In this document: one piece after another, positions 36,291 through 46,705 of the stretch
Numbering within the stretch: position 1 is the stretch's first letter
Layout: every line of letters begins with the position of its first letter
From: a virus
DNA length: 64,000 bases
Virus record (IMG/VR): IMGVR_UViG_3300032323_001868
Location: 1-64,000 of that record
Direction: 5' to 3' (one strand)
Position numbers and translations under genes: made by a program
Notes under the pieces: generated by a model
What the model was told of the DNA's origin: nothing
Databases searched by the model: none
Seen by the model: only the letters and a program-made list of their open reading frames with translations

Positions 36291-37628
36291 ATGGCACGGT
36301 TTACCCAAGCAGGTGGATCAGGTTCGGGAGAACCAGGACCACAGGGCCCAGCAGGAGAAAACGGCACTAATGGCTCAAATGGAGCAGATGGTGCAGATGC
36401 TCTATGGAATTATGTTGGGGAATACAACGGTGGTGCATCATATGCTGTAGGAGATGTTGCAACTTATGATGGACAACTTTGGTACCGTGCTAATGCAAAC
36501 GGTGGAAATGTTGGAGATACACCTTCAGAAGGATTTATCTGGAATTTACTTGCAGCAAAGGGTATTAACGGTGCTGATGGAGCAGATGGCAATGATGGTG
36601 CTCCTGGTGCAGATGGTGCACAGGGAGATACTGGTAGTCCAGGACTTGTTTATTTAGGCAGTTATGTTTCTGGTAATGGATACATTGCAAACATTGCTGT
36701 TGTAAAAGGAAGCGATAACAATCTTTACATAGCAACATCAAGTGGTGGATTAGGAGATCCAGTTGGAAATAGTGCAGAGTGGAGCATATTCCTTCCAAAG
36801 GGTGTTGATGGAGAAGATGCAACTCTTCCACAGGATTTAGGAACAACAGACAGCCCAACATTTAGCAAGATTACACTTACAAGTAACGGGGCAATAGATA
36901 ACATTACAATTGGTGATGATGTACTTATTGGTGATGGAAATATTGCAAACCACTTAGTAATTGTTGGAAATCAAGATTCAACACAAGGTGGAATTGTTCT
37001 TGGTGACAATAAAACTGAACAAGTTTCATCATATGGATCAAATCTTTCTTTATATGCAAACAATGACATTATTCTTAATCCAGCAAGCACATATGCATAT
37101 ATTGGTACACCAACTATCGGTGGAGAAACAAGGATTGCTACTTGGGATTATGTGACAACATCTGTTGGAACAGGTAGCAATGGAGAAGTTACAAGATGGA
37201 CTCCAAACTTTACAGCAACTGGTTTAACATTTACTGGATCAGGTGCTACACATCCAACATACAATTCACACTATGTTAAGAATGGTCGTATGGTATCTTT
37301 TTTTATTGAAATTGATATGGCTACCGTTACAAATTTTGGTACTGGACAATATAAGACAGCGCTTCCATTTGCACCACTTTCTGGAACAATGAATCATTTT
37401 CAGTCATGGTGTCTTGTTGATGAAACTGCTAATCCAGATAATACAGGACATGCTATTTTGCAAGCAGATCATTTAGCAAATACATCAGTTCTTGATTTGC
37501 ACTACATAAAGCAATCTGGTGGAGCAAATTCTCCAGTAATGGAAGCATTGTTTAAGCAGGGTAGCCCAGTAACATTAACTACTGCAACCCATGTTTATAT
37601 CAACGGTACTTACATAACTGCTGAGTAG
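36291..37628 (+). CDS. collagen-like tail fibre protein
   Basis: G-X-Y runs (GEPGPQGPAGENG; GADGADGNDGAPG), Y.VGDV..Y.G..W modules. Confidence 0.75.
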   Translation: MARFTQAGGSGSGEPGPQGPAGENGTNGSNGADGADALWNYVGEYNGGASYAVGDVATYDGQLWYRANANGGNVGDTPSEGFIWNLLAAKGINGADGADGNDGAPGADGAQGDTGSPGLVYLGSYVSGNGYIANIAVVKGSDNNLYIATSSGGLGDPVGNSAEWSIFLPKGVDGEDATLPQDLGTTDSPTFSKITLTSNGAIDNITIGDDVLIGDGNIANHLVIVGNQDSTQGGIVLGDNKTEQVSSYGSNLSLYANNDIILNPASTYAYIGTPTIGGETRIATWDYVTTSVGTGSNGEVTRWTPNFTATGLTFTGSGATHPTYNSHYVKNGRMVSFFIEIDMATVTNFGTGQYKTALPFAPLSGTMNHFQSWCLVDETANPDNTGHAILQADHLANTSVLDLHYIKQSGGANSPVMEALFKQGSPVTLTTATHVYINGTYITAE

Positions 37629-37664
37629 TAGTAAATAGTGATATAGTTATATTTGGGGGTAGAT

Positions 37665-38168
37665 ATGTCATATCAGGTATTTGATAACTTTTTGTTACCT
37701 AACGAATTTAACCAAGTTAAGAACACTGTATGCGATCCAAGATTTCCTTGGGGATATAGTAGTTCTATTACGACTGAAGTAAGCACTGGACCATATGACT
37801 TTCAGTTTGTTCACATGTTTTATCAAAATCATAGAGTTATGTCAGAACACTTTGAATCTATATACCCTTTAATAAACAAAATAAATCCAGCAGCAATCGC
37901 AAGAGTTAAGGCAAATTTAGTTACTAGGAATCCAGTAAGTAACGAGTTTGGATATCACACAGATTTTGAAGATGCACATTTATTGAAGTCAGCGGTATAT
38001 TATTTAGATACAACCGATGGCGTTACCAGGTTTAAGGACGGCACAGAGGTAGAATGCATAGAGAATAGACTATTAGTATTTAACAATAATATGCCACATA
38101 CTTCTACTAGTTGTACGGATCAAAAGGTTAGAAGAGTCATAAATCTCAACTATTATGAACTAATTTAA
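37665..38168 (+). CDS. 2OG-Fe(II) oxygenase (cyanophage-like)
   Basis: RVKANL, YHTD, ENRL.VF, H.S..CTD..R.VIN.NY. Confidence 0.8.
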   Translation: MSYQVFDNFLLPNEFNQVKNTVCDPRFPWGYSSSITTEVSTGPYDFQFVHMFYQNHRVMSEHFESIYPLINKINPAAIARVKANLVTRNPVSNEFGYHTDFEDAHLLKSAVYYLDTTDGVTRFKDGTEVECIENRLLVFNNNMPHTSTSCTDQKVRRVINLNYYELI

Positions 38169-38194
38169 TCTTAAATAATGATATAATAAACCTT

Positions 38195-38410
38195 ATGACT
38201 CCACAAGACTGGGCTGCATTCATTCTTACTGTACTCTCAATAGGCGGAGTTATATTCGGTGTTATTAATTTTCTAATCAAGCACTATCTAAGCGAACTTA
38301 AGCCAAATTCAGGATCATCACTAAAAGATTCAGTCAACAGATTAGAGGATAAGACTGACAAGATGTTCGATCTATTAATTGAACATATTACAGATCATAA
38401 TAAAAAGTAA
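38195..38410 (+). CDS. small membrane protein (holin/lysis-associated type)
   Basis: one TM then ELKPNSGSSLKD.V.RLE. Confidence 0.6.
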   Translation: MTPQDWAAFILTVLSIGGVIFGVINFLIKHYLSELKPNSGSSLKDSVNRLEDKTDKMFDLLIEHITDHNKK

Positions 38411-38699
38411 TCTCTATATATAATATATATAAGTATATAACTTTTACAGTATATTCTTTTCTTTATATATTTTAAGTATACACTACTCAATACCCTGGTT
38501 AATTGTACATAACATTACAAAACGGACATTTAGTATTGTAACGATTAGATAACAATTTAATAAACTCCTGGTTTTATACGTAAATGAATAACTATACAAA
38601 TAATAAGATATAATCTAAGAGTTAGTCCCTAGGTTTGCTACCCCACCCCACCCACTGCTCCTAGGGGCTAACCTTATTTATTATGGTATAATCAATGAT

Positions 38700-39095
38700 A
38701 TGTGCTCTCCTACAATAGAAAAATTTGGAGCCACTCCAGCAAATATACAGTGGACGGTGGTTCGTGGAGACTCTGCCTCATTTACCGTATCCCTTCTTGA
38801 GAACGACGAAGTTACAGAGTTTGACACTGAAGGATGGACATTCTCTGCAACAGCGTATGATCCAGTATTTAACTTTTTAGATGACCTTCCAGTTACAGTT
38901 GATGGAAGTGTCATAACAGTCACTGCCCCATCTGAGACAACAACAAATTGGGGTGCTGAATATAAGTCTGTAGTTGCTGAATTATCATTTGATCTACAGG
39001 CAATTGTCCCAGACGGATCTTCTACAATTACTTGGACTCCAGTCATAGGAACTATATGTGTTCTTGGAGATGTTACTCCTGGAGGCAGTTTGTGA
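38700..39095 (+). CDS. BppU-N/Ig-like virion protein
   Basis: WTVVRGDSA..FDLQ..GTI.V.GDVT. Confidence 0.6.
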   Translation: MCSPTIEKFGATPANIQWTVVRGDSASFTVSLLENDEVTEFDTEGWTFSATAYDPVFNFLDDLPVTVDGSVITVTAPSETTTNWGAEYKSVVAELSFDLQAIVPDGSSTITWTPVIGTICVLGDVTPGGSL

Positions 39096-39179
39096 TAATT
39101 AAAATTAATGACAAAAACACTAAACTCCCACCAGTTATAAAAATAAATGGGACTATATTTAAAGTAAAGAAGTAAGTCT

Positions 39180-39908
39180 ATGGCTATATCAAAGAGCATG
39201 GACTCTCCAGTTAGAAAATCTAATTATGCAGAGCAGGTTGCTCAGTCACAAGGACAAGATCCTACTTTATCTTTCCTACCAGTTCCTGGACCACAAGGAC
39301 CTGCAGGCCCACAAGGTGAAAAAGGTCAACAAGGACCTCAAGGGCCTATTGGTGAAAAAGGTGAAAAGGGTGATCCAGGAAAAGATGGTAAAAATGGAAA
39401 AGATGGCAAGGACGGAAAAAGCGTTTTATCACCTTCTGAGCAACAAATAGGTTGGGCATATTATGAAAATACATCCAAGTCTCAAAAACGGGTAGGAATA
39501 GATCAAGGTGATGATGGCTGGGTTAGGCTTTTAATTGATAGGGTAGGATATAAAAAAAATGAGCAGTACCTGCCAAATGGAGGTGTTTCTCTTTGGAATT
39601 CAACCACAGGCAAGATTAATTTTAAAACCTTAAATATTGGTTCAATCATAACAATACGTTATAATATTTTATTGACTACCTACTCAAACAATACAGAGGT
39701 GTGGTTTAGAACATATGTTGAAGACTCTGATCAAATACCAACCACATATGTAGGCAATCTAAAATACCAGTATGATTATGAATTTACTGTTTCTCAGAAT
39801 ATATTTTTAAATGACTTTGCCATTCAAAATTTTGGTGGTATACCACAGATAAGAACTGATAATGCTGGGGAAGCCCTGCTAAAATCTATATATATATCTG
39901 TATCGTAA
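39180..39908 (+). CDS. collagen-repeat virion protein
   Basis: GPQGPAGPQGEKGQQGPQGPIGEKG..GKDGKNGKDG. Confidence 0.78.
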   Translation: MAISKSMDSPVRKSNYAEQVAQSQGQDPTLSFLPVPGPQGPAGPQGEKGQQGPQGPIGEKGEKGDPGKDGKNGKDGKDGKSVLSPSEQQIGWAYYENTSKSQKRVGIDQGDDGWVRLLIDRVGYKKNEQYLPNGGVSLWNSTTGKINFKTLNIGSIITIRYNILLTTYSNNTEVWFRTYVEDSDQIPTTYVGNLKYQYDYEFTVSQNIFLNDFAIQNFGGIPQIRTDNAGEALLKSIYISVS

Positions 39909-39946
39909 AATAGATAAACTTTAAATAAGTATGCTATAATTCAATT

Positions 39947-40456
39947 ATGCAAAATATCGGTATAACAGACTCCCAGGATGGCCGTAAGCCAGACGCCCCA
40001 ATCATCGGTACAGCAACAGGTGGAAATGCACAAGCATCAGTTGCTTTTACTGCCCCATCAACAACAGGTAAAGGTACTGGAAGTCTTACATATACCGCAA
40101 CATCTAATCCAGGATCTATAACAGGCACAGCATCTTCGTCACCAATTACAGTAACTGGTTTGGCAAATGGAACAGCATATACTTTTACAGTTACACTAAG
40201 TAACGGAACACTTACATCAGATCCATCTTCTGCTTCTAACTCTGTTACTCCAGTTGCTCCACCATTCTTCCCACCATTCTTCCCAGGATTTGGTCCATTC
40301 TTCCCACCGTTCTTCCCACCATTCTTCCCGTTCTTCCCACCGTTCTTCCCATACTTCCCACCGTTCTTCCCGTTCTTCCCGTTCTTCCCACCGTTCTTCC
40401 CGTTCTTCCCACCATCATTTGGACCATGGTTCCCATTCAACGCAACTAGACGATAA
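39947..40456 (+). CDS. fibronectin type III domain protein with (PPFF)n Pro/Phe tail
   Basis: PDAP..ATGGN.QASV.FTAP..Y.AT..VTGL.NGT.YTFTV..S..SNSVTP then 60-aa repeat; leaderless. Confidence 0.82.
   Translation: MQNIGITDSQDGRKPDAPIIGTATGGNAQASVAFTAPSTTGKGTGSLTYTATSNPGSITGTASSSPITVTGLANGTAYTFTVTLSNGTLTSDPSSASNSVTPVAPPFFPPFFPGFGPFFPPFFPPFFPFFPPFFPYFPPFFPFFPFFPPFFPFFPPSFGPWFPFNATRR
40259..40438 (+). repeat. coding tandem repeat of CCR(CCR)TTCTTC units
   Basis: 9/12-nt units; 25 Pro and 29 Phe in 60 codons. Confidence 0.9.
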
Positions 40457-40480
40457 TAGTTTAAATGTAGGGGGTTTGTA

Positions 40481-41053
40481 TTGAATCATATCAATGTGGT
40501 TAAAAACTTTATTGAGCCTGAGCATATAAATAAGTTAACATCTTTTATAGACAACAATATAGAAAAATTTGTGGTATATCAAGATAATAAAAGATATGTA
40601 TGGAGATTTGGTCATGATAATTTTTGGGAAGACTGCAAAAAAGACTTAACACCACTTTCTGAAATTATAGAAATACTTGAAACTAAAATTTTTAACAATA
40701 TGTTAAAAAAAATAAAAGAGTTCTATAATGAAGATCTAGTTATTTCTAGTTTTTGGATATCAAAGCATGAGCCAGGATCCAGAGTCGCTATGCATGAAGA
40801 TACAGATGAGGGTGAAAATACTCATTTTTCTCATAGTGCCGTTCTATACTTAACATCCCTTCAAGATGACGGAGTTATAGAATTTCCTTTTGTTAATTTT
40901 ACTTATACCCCAGTTGCTGGTGAGTTATTGCTTTTCCCATCAAAAGCCATAGACTTTGATTATCAATTTATGCATGAGGTAAAAGAAATAAATAGCCCAA
41001 GGTACAGTATTGCTCTTTGGGCAGCACCAAAAGAATATTCTTTATATGAGTGA
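40481..41053 (+). CDS. 2OG-Fe(II) oxygenase
   Basis: HED..HEV..RY; tandem paralog of next gene. Confidence 0.85.
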   Translation: MNHINVVKNFIEPEHINKLTSFIDNNIEKFVVYQDNKRYVWRFGHDNFWEDCKKDLTPLSEIIEILETKIFNNMLKKIKEFYNEDLVISSFWISKHEPGSRVAMHEDTDEGENTHFSHSAVLYLTSLQDDGVIEFPFVNFTYTPVAGELLLFPSKAIDFDYQFMHEVKEINSPRYSIALWAAPKEYSLYE

Positions 41054-41097
41054 TAAAGATTTAATGTGCTGTGATATAATTAAAAAAGGGGTGTTTT

Positions 41098-41667
41098 TTG
41101 AAACATATTAATGTAATTGAAAACTTTATTGATGATGATACCAATAAACTAATGGTTGACTTCATTAATAATAATCAAGAACTATTTTCGTCAGATCAAG
41201 AGGACAGAAGATTTGCCTTAAGGTTTGGCAAAGATTTTTATTGGCAAGACTCAAATGAAGATATGTCATTGTTAAAGGATTTGTCTAATATCTTTAAAGA
41301 CAAGATTTTTCCTAAAGTTAATAATGTAATCTTTGAACTATACAATGAAAAAAATCTAAAAGTATCTAACGTGTGGCTTTCTAAGCATCTTCCTGGTTCA
41401 ATAGTGCCAATGCACCTAGACCATGATGGATGGAGAAATTCACAGTTTAGATATAGTGCAATACTTTATTTAAGCACATTAGACAATGATGGAATATTGC
41501 AGTTTCCATTTTTAGAGCATAGTTACACACCAGTATCTAATAGTTTAATTATTTTTCCTTCACACGGAATTGATTTTGATGATCAGTTTGCACATCGTGT
41601 AGATAGCATTAATTCTGTAAGATATAGCGTTCCTATGTGGATTTCCGACATAGAATATAGTTTATGA
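41098..41667 (+). CDS. 2OG-Fe(II) oxygenase
   Basis: HLD..HRV..RY. Confidence 0.85.
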   Translation: MKHINVIENFIDDDTNKLMVDFINNNQELFSSDQEDRRFALRFGKDFYWQDSNEDMSLLKDLSNIFKDKIFPKVNNVIFELYNEKNLKVSNVWLSKHLPGSIVPMHLDHDGWRNSQFRYSAILYLSTLDNDGILQFPFLEHSYTPVSNSLIIFPSHGIDFDDQFAHRVDSINSVRYSVPMWISDIEYSL

Positions 41668-41690
41668 TATAATTTAAGAAAGGGGTAATT

Positions 41691-42374
41691 ATGAATACGT
41701 TAGAGCACAAAGGTATAACAGTAAAAGATCTTGGGAGTGGCATTCTTGTTTATAGTAATGTTTTGCCAAGAGATTTAAACATTCCAGAAAGACTAGAAAA
41801 TGTCCTGGGTGGAAATGAAAATATTGTTGACGGCAATCCAGTCAGATATGCCTGGCAACCAGCATATGTAGGGTACCAAGAGTTGATGCCAGACTACAGA
41901 GATTGCGTAGATTTTAAGTATAAGAAGAGTGATCTTTATGATGATGGAACAGAAGAGTATAAGCAACTTGCCAATATCTGGGATGATTGCTATACAACGC
42001 AAAAAGAAGTAGTAGATCATTATTGTGCTAAATTTAATATTCACAACCTAAGATATTGGGAAGCATTTAATTTTATTAAATATGAAAAGGGAGATCACTT
42101 CCAATACCATCACGACCATGGGTTTTCATATAACTGTACAGTTTCTTTAGTTGCATACCTTAATGACAACTATGAGGGTGGAGGTCTTCACTTCCAGCAT
42201 CAAGATATTTTGTATAGACCAGTTGCTGGAGATGTTGTAATCTTTCCTTCAACATATATGTATTCACATAGAGCAATGCCAGTTGAAAATGGAACAAAGT
42301 ATTCTTTGGTTACTATGCTTGATTATAGTGATAAATATCATAAGCCAGAATTTTATCAAGAAACTGGATCATGA
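41691..42374 (+). CDS. 2OG-Fe(II) oxygenase, P4H-like (distal Lys)
   Basis: HHD..YLNDNYEGG..H.A.PV..GTKY. Confidence 0.87.
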   Translation: MNTLEHKGITVKDLGSGILVYSNVLPRDLNIPERLENVLGGNENIVDGNPVRYAWQPAYVGYQELMPDYRDCVDFKYKKSDLYDDGTEEYKQLANIWDDCYTTQKEVVDHYCAKFNIHNLRYWEAFNFIKYEKGDHFQYHHDHGFSYNCTVSLVAYLNDNYEGGGLHFQHQDILYRPVAGDVVIFPSTYMYSHRAMPVENGTKYSLVTMLDYSDKYHKPEFYQETGS

Positions 42375-43102
42375 GCAACACAATAACCTTTACATCAAAC
42401 AAACCTTGGATAACTTTAGACGATTCGTCTTTGCCAACTCCAATTATAAAAACTATTCCAGATTGGTATAGAAAGGCAGACAGATTTGCTAAAAAGCAAG
42501 ATGGAGAATATTGGGAAGATCCAAATGTTGGTGGCAAAATCCCAACATGGAAAGCATGTCCTGCAATATTTGATGTTATGGGTACAGGGTACACTCTTAG
42601 AACTCCTTGCGACATAGAGTTTGTTCAAAGAAGCCCTAACACTATGTCAGTTACAATTGCTGATGCTAAATATAAAGATTTTTGTGTTCCAAGACCAAAA
42701 ATGCCACAGTTTGAACATCCAAGAGGATATTATGAAAATCATTTTGCTTGGTTTTCAGAGTGGGAAATAAAAACACCTACAGGATACAGCATACTGTACT
42801 CACAACCATTTAATAGGTATGAGTTACCATTTTTAACTACATCTGGAATTATTGATAACGATAAGGTTCACTTGCCTGGATCAATGCCTTTCTTTTTAGC
42901 AAAAGGGTTTGAAGGTATTATTCCCGAAGGCACACCTTATGCACAATTAATACCATTTAAAAGAGAAGACTGGAAGTCAGAAGTTAATCTAGAAGATCCT
43001 TCCAAAATTTCTGAAAAAAATTATAAAAATTCTGCCAAGTACAGAGTTCCAGATGGCGGTATATATAAGAATAAAGTGTGGGAACCAAGGAGATACGAAT
43101 AA
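42371..43102 (+). CDS. DUF6065-like protein
   Basis: PDWY..TWKACP..D..GY..GIIDND..GTP.AQ.IPFKR. Confidence 0.55.
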   Translation: MSNTITFTSNKPWITLDDSSLPTPIIKTIPDWYRKADRFAKKQDGEYWEDPNVGGKIPTWKACPAIFDVMGTGYTLRTPCDIEFVQRSPNTMSVTIADAKYKDFCVPRPKMPQFEHPRGYYENHFAWFSEWEIKTPTGYSILYSQPFNRYELPFLTTSGIIDNDKVHLPGSMPFFLAKGFEGIIPEGTPYAQLIPFKREDWKSEVNLEDPSKISEKNYKNSAKYRVPDGGIYKNKVWEPRRYE

Positions 43103-43818
43103 TGAATACCTATGATGAAAATAATAATGTTTGGTTTACAAAAGATAGATCAGAGACAGTATCTAACAGAGTTGTTAGGTCACTTAATGGTGCTATTAAT
43201 GTTGAAAATCCAGGTATAGGTTTAAATATATACACAAATGCTTTTTCTAAAGAAGATGCTGATAGATATATTAATATTCTTGAGTCTAATCTAGGTCAAA
43301 ATAAAAAATACAAGTGGTCAGATGCTACAGTCACAAACTCTCCTAATCCAATTAAAAGGGCAAGAGATTGCGTAGACTTTAAGTATAAGCAAGAAAATTT
43401 AGGGCCAAGAGACAACACAAACGCAGAACTAATAGATTTGCATCAAGAGATATATGAAAAACTAAAGTTGTGTATAGATGACTATGCCAGATACTGGGGT
43501 ATAGAGGTTGTTTATTATGAAGCCTTTAACTTTGTAAAATATGAAGGAGAGGGTACACACTTCAATATCCATGCAGATCATGGTCCAGCATACAACTGCA
43601 CAGTATCTGCAGTTATCTATATTAATGATGACTATGAGGGAGGGGAACTAAAGTTTCCAAGATTAGACAACTATGTTCATAAGCCAAGAGTTGGAGATAT
43701 AGCAGTTTTCCCTTCAAACTATATTTATGAGCATGCATCTCTTCCTATGAAGTCTGGAACTAAATACTGTGTAGTGATTATGACTGATATAAACAAGTTA
43801 GGACATAAAGATTTCTAA
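43102..43818 (+). CDS. 2OG-Fe(II) oxygenase, P4H-like (distal Lys)
   Basis: HAD..YINDDYEGGEL..H...PM..GTKY; paralog of 41691. Confidence 0.87.
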   Translation: MNTYDENNNVWFTKDRSETVSNRVVRSLNGAINVENPGIGLNIYTNAFSKEDADRYINILESNLGQNKKYKWSDATVTNSPNPIKRARDCVDFKYKQENLGPRDNTNAELIDLHQEIYEKLKLCIDDYARYWGIEVVYYEAFNFVKYEGEGTHFNIHADHGPAYNCTVSAVIYINDDYEGGELKFPRLDNYVHKPRVGDIAVFPSNYIYEHASLPMKSGTKYCVVIMTDINKLGHKDF

Positions 43819-44561
43819 TGATTAACTTATCCGCTGAAAAAATGATAGGATGTCCGCTAGTAGTTTCTCCCATGTCTATTAAAAGAGATTGGATGGATGA
43901 AACTCCACAGGGACATGCGTATAGGTGTTTTCCAGTCGGACAGGCCAACATGGTTGGTTGGAGCCTTTCTTGTGTAGACGACATTACCTTTGTTTGGAAC
44001 GGTATAACAGATACTACTTCAGATACAGTGTCTATAGTAGATCAAAAGCCATATCTTTATACTGGTCGTGGTCAATCAACATTAAGTTTTAATACAGGGT
44101 TAGTTTTTAAATCTGACGAAAATATTAGTTTATTAACAATCAACCCAGTAAATTCTTTTAGTTTGGATTTTGAAACTATGTCTTCTTTGATAAGTACATC
44201 ATTTTATGACAACCCGCTACCATTAGCCATTAAAGCCAGGGCTGCTAACAAAGAGGTAACAATAAAAGCAGGAACACCTATAGCAACAATAATTCCTATA
44301 TCATTAACAATGATAAATAACACTACAATCAATATTGTTGATTATTTAGATATAGATAATAAGAGAGCCTTATCAAATCAAGCATACGGTGAGGCAGCAC
44401 AAGTTATCAACCAGTCAGGAAAGTGGACAGACTGGTATAGAGATGCTGTTAATGAAAAGGGTGAGTCAGTCGGACACCATGAGGCAAAAACAATAAAACT
44501 GTCTGTGGTCGATAATACAACTAGTAAAACCAATAATCCTCTAGAGAAAAAAGAGATATAA
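43818..44561 (+). CDS. DUF6065-family protein
   Basis: RDWMD..HAYRCFP...AN..GW..GTP...IIP. Confidence 0.65.
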   Translation: MINLSAEKMIGCPLVVSPMSIKRDWMDETPQGHAYRCFPVGQANMVGWSLSCVDDITFVWNGITDTTSDTVSIVDQKPYLYTGRGQSTLSFNTGLVFKSDENISLLTINPVNSFSLDFETMSSLISTSFYDNPLPLAIKARAANKEVTIKAGTPIATIIPISLTMINNTTINIVDYLDIDNKRALSNQAYGEAAQVINQSGKWTDWYRDAVNEKGESVGHHEAKTIKLSVVDNTTSKTNNPLEKKEI

Positions 44562-44568
44562 TGTAATT

Positions 44569-45297
44569 ATGAACACTAACGAAAACATGCAGGTTGTAAA
44601 GAGGACTGCTTCCCTTACACCTTCTGGATTTTTTGGCAATGGGCCAGAAATGATAGTTGAGTTAGAAAACTTTATGACTCAAGAAGAGATGGATTTTTTA
44701 GAAAAGGCTGCAAAGTCTATAACTATTTGGGATGTTACCCAGAGCCATGTAAATGAGAATGGAACCGTAATATATGATTCAGATTATTGGAAAGATAGGG
44801 TTGCAACTAGCCCAACATTAGATAAAAATGATCCAGCAATTGCTCCAATTATTGCAGGGCTATTTCAAAGACTAAAGCCAATCGTAGAAGAGTTTTATAA
44901 GGTAAAGGTTAACCCAACAGGAACAACCATTGTTAGATGGTTACCTGGACAGTTTCAAAAACCACATGCAGACAAAGAACTACACGAAGGTGTAGACGCT
45001 GGACTTCCAAACGATTTTCCATACTACGATCTGTCAAGTTTGTTTTATTTAAATGAAGACTATGAGGGGGGAGAGTTATACTTTCCGCTACAAGGGGTTC
45101 AGTTTAAACCAAAAAGAGGCGCTGCATATTTTTTCCCAGGGGATATGAACTATATTCATGGCGTTACTGAAATAAAAAGTGGAATAAGATATACCTGTCC
45201 ATTTTTTTGGGAAATTCTAGAACATACTGGAGACAAGCAGCCAGACCCAAATGCTAAGTATCATAGAACACTAATAGATGGAGACATAGAAAAATGA
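44569..45297 (+). CDS. 2OG-Fe(II) oxygenase
   Basis: HAD..YLNEDYEGGEL..HGV..RY. Confidence 0.87.
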   Translation: MNTNENMQVVKRTASLTPSGFFGNGPEMIVELENFMTQEEMDFLEKAAKSITIWDVTQSHVNENGTVIYDSDYWKDRVATSPTLDKNDPAIAPIIAGLFQRLKPIVEEFYKVKVNPTGTTIVRWLPGQFQKPHADKELHEGVDAGLPNDFPYYDLSSLFYLNEDYEGGELYFPLQGVQFKPKRGAAYFFPGDMNYIHGVTEIKSGIRYTCPFFWEILEHTGDKQPDPNAKYHRTLIDGDIEK

Positions 45298-46046
45298 ACT
45301 TAAATAATAAAATTAGATTAACAGAAGATATTCTTTTGTTTGAAAACTTTTTAACAGAAGATGAATCTAAAAAGGCAATTGAGGTTTTAGACCTACAGGC
45401 TACAAACAACACCCTAACCTGGATGCCAATCTCTTTTTATGAGTCATACTCTTCTGTTATCCCGCAAGACAATGATCCCGAATTAGCAGAAATTGGCTTG
45501 CCATTTGACTTTTTTTCAAATGTAAAAAAGGGCATTATCAAAGCAGTTTCATATGTCCATGATATTGATGAGTCTAAACTGGTACAAATCGGATATCATA
45601 CTCAAAAGTGGGAGCCAGGAGCATATGCAACACTACACTCAGACAACACAGACACAGAGGGAAATTCTGGACCATTTGCAAGAAGCAAGTATGCTGCCTT
45701 CTTATACTTAAATGATGATATTGAGGGTGGAGTTTTACAGTTTCCAAGTCACAACATAGTTATTCCACCAAAAACAGGTTTGTTGGCAGCGTTTGCAGGT
45801 GGATTTGATAATATGCATGAAGTAACAATGATAACTAAGGGTGTTAGATATACACTAGGCTCATTTTGGGATGACAAGCAAGAAGAAGAGTACCCAGAAG
45901 AAGTAAGAGCGCAGTGGAAAGAAGAAATGCAAAAGATTAGAGATGCCCAAAAAATAGAAAAAGAAGAGTGGCAAAAGATACTACAAGATGGGTATAAGAT
46001 AGATCAAAATGGAAATAAATATCCTGTCAAGGATTTAGAAAAATGA
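45294..46046 (+). CDS. 2OG-Fe(II) oxygenase
   Basis: HSD..YLNDD.EGG..HEV..RY. Confidence 0.87.
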   Translation: MNLNNKIRLTEDILLFENFLTEDESKKAIEVLDLQATNNTLTWMPISFYESYSSVIPQDNDPELAEIGLPFDFFSNVKKGIIKAVSYVHDIDESKLVQIGYHTQKWEPGAYATLHSDNTDTEGNSGPFARSKYAAFLYLNDDIEGGVLQFPSHNIVIPPKTGLLAAFAGGFDNMHEVTMITKGVRYTLGSFWDDKQEEEYPEEVRAQWKEEMQKIRDAQKIEKEEWQKILQDGYKIDQNGNKYPVKDLEK

Positions 46047-46702
46047 TTCAATCTTTAAAACAAAAAATACAGGATGATGGTTTTGTTGTTAAAGAACCAA
46101 TCAGCGATGTGTTGGTTGTAGAAGATTTTCTTTCTATAGATGAATTGCAACAGTTTAAAAATATTATTAACAATTTAACTGAGGCTGACTGGAACATTGA
46201 ATATACCAAAAACCTAACAAGATTTTGTTTAGAAAAGTTTGGAAGAGACGATGTTGAAAATTTGGTTGCAGAGGGTAAATTTGAAATTACCAGGGGCTGG
46301 GAAGATAAAAACTATAGCATTGCAAATGACCCAATTGTAGAAAACGTTATTACTAAACTAAGTCGTTTAGTTAATTCTGTAGATCCATCGTTAGAGCCTA
46401 GCGGATTAAAAACACTGCAAAGAATGCAAGAAGGTGTTGAACTAAAGGCTCATACAGATCAGCATACAGATCCTTCAATTAGGTATGCTACGATAATTTA
46501 TTTAAATGACAACTATAATGGTGGGGAGTTGTTTTTTAGTGATAAAGATTTGGAGTTAAAGCCAAAGCCAGGTTCTTTAGTCGTGTTTCCAGGAACAGAC
46601 GATTTCAACCATGGTGTAAGGCATGTAGAGGAAGGCCCAATCAGATATGTGCTGGTGGGATTTATAAAAGTTAAAGATTTTTATGAAAATAACAAATACT
46701 AG
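46043..46702 (+). CDS. 2OG-Fe(II) oxygenase
   Basis: HTD..YLNDNY.GGEL..HGV..RY. Confidence 0.87.
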   Translation: MIQSLKQKIQDDGFVVKEPISDVLVVEDFLSIDELQQFKNIINNLTEADWNIEYTKNLTRFCLEKFGRDDVENLVAEGKFEITRGWEDKNYSIANDPIVENVITKLSRLVNSVDPSLEPSGLKTLQRMQEGVELKAHTDQHTDPSIRYATIIYLNDNYNGGELFFSDKDLELKPKPGSLVVFPGTDDFNHGVRHVEEGPIRYVLVGFIKVKDFYENNKY

Positions 46703-46705
46703 GAA

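Noticed and set aside
39934-40484. Overlapping ORFs 39934..40440(-), 40245..40436(-), 40254..40484(+) with GKNG/GRT/SHRS repeats
   Set aside because: Shadow frames of the stop-free PPFF repeat; only 39947..40456 has a promoter and a recognisable domain.
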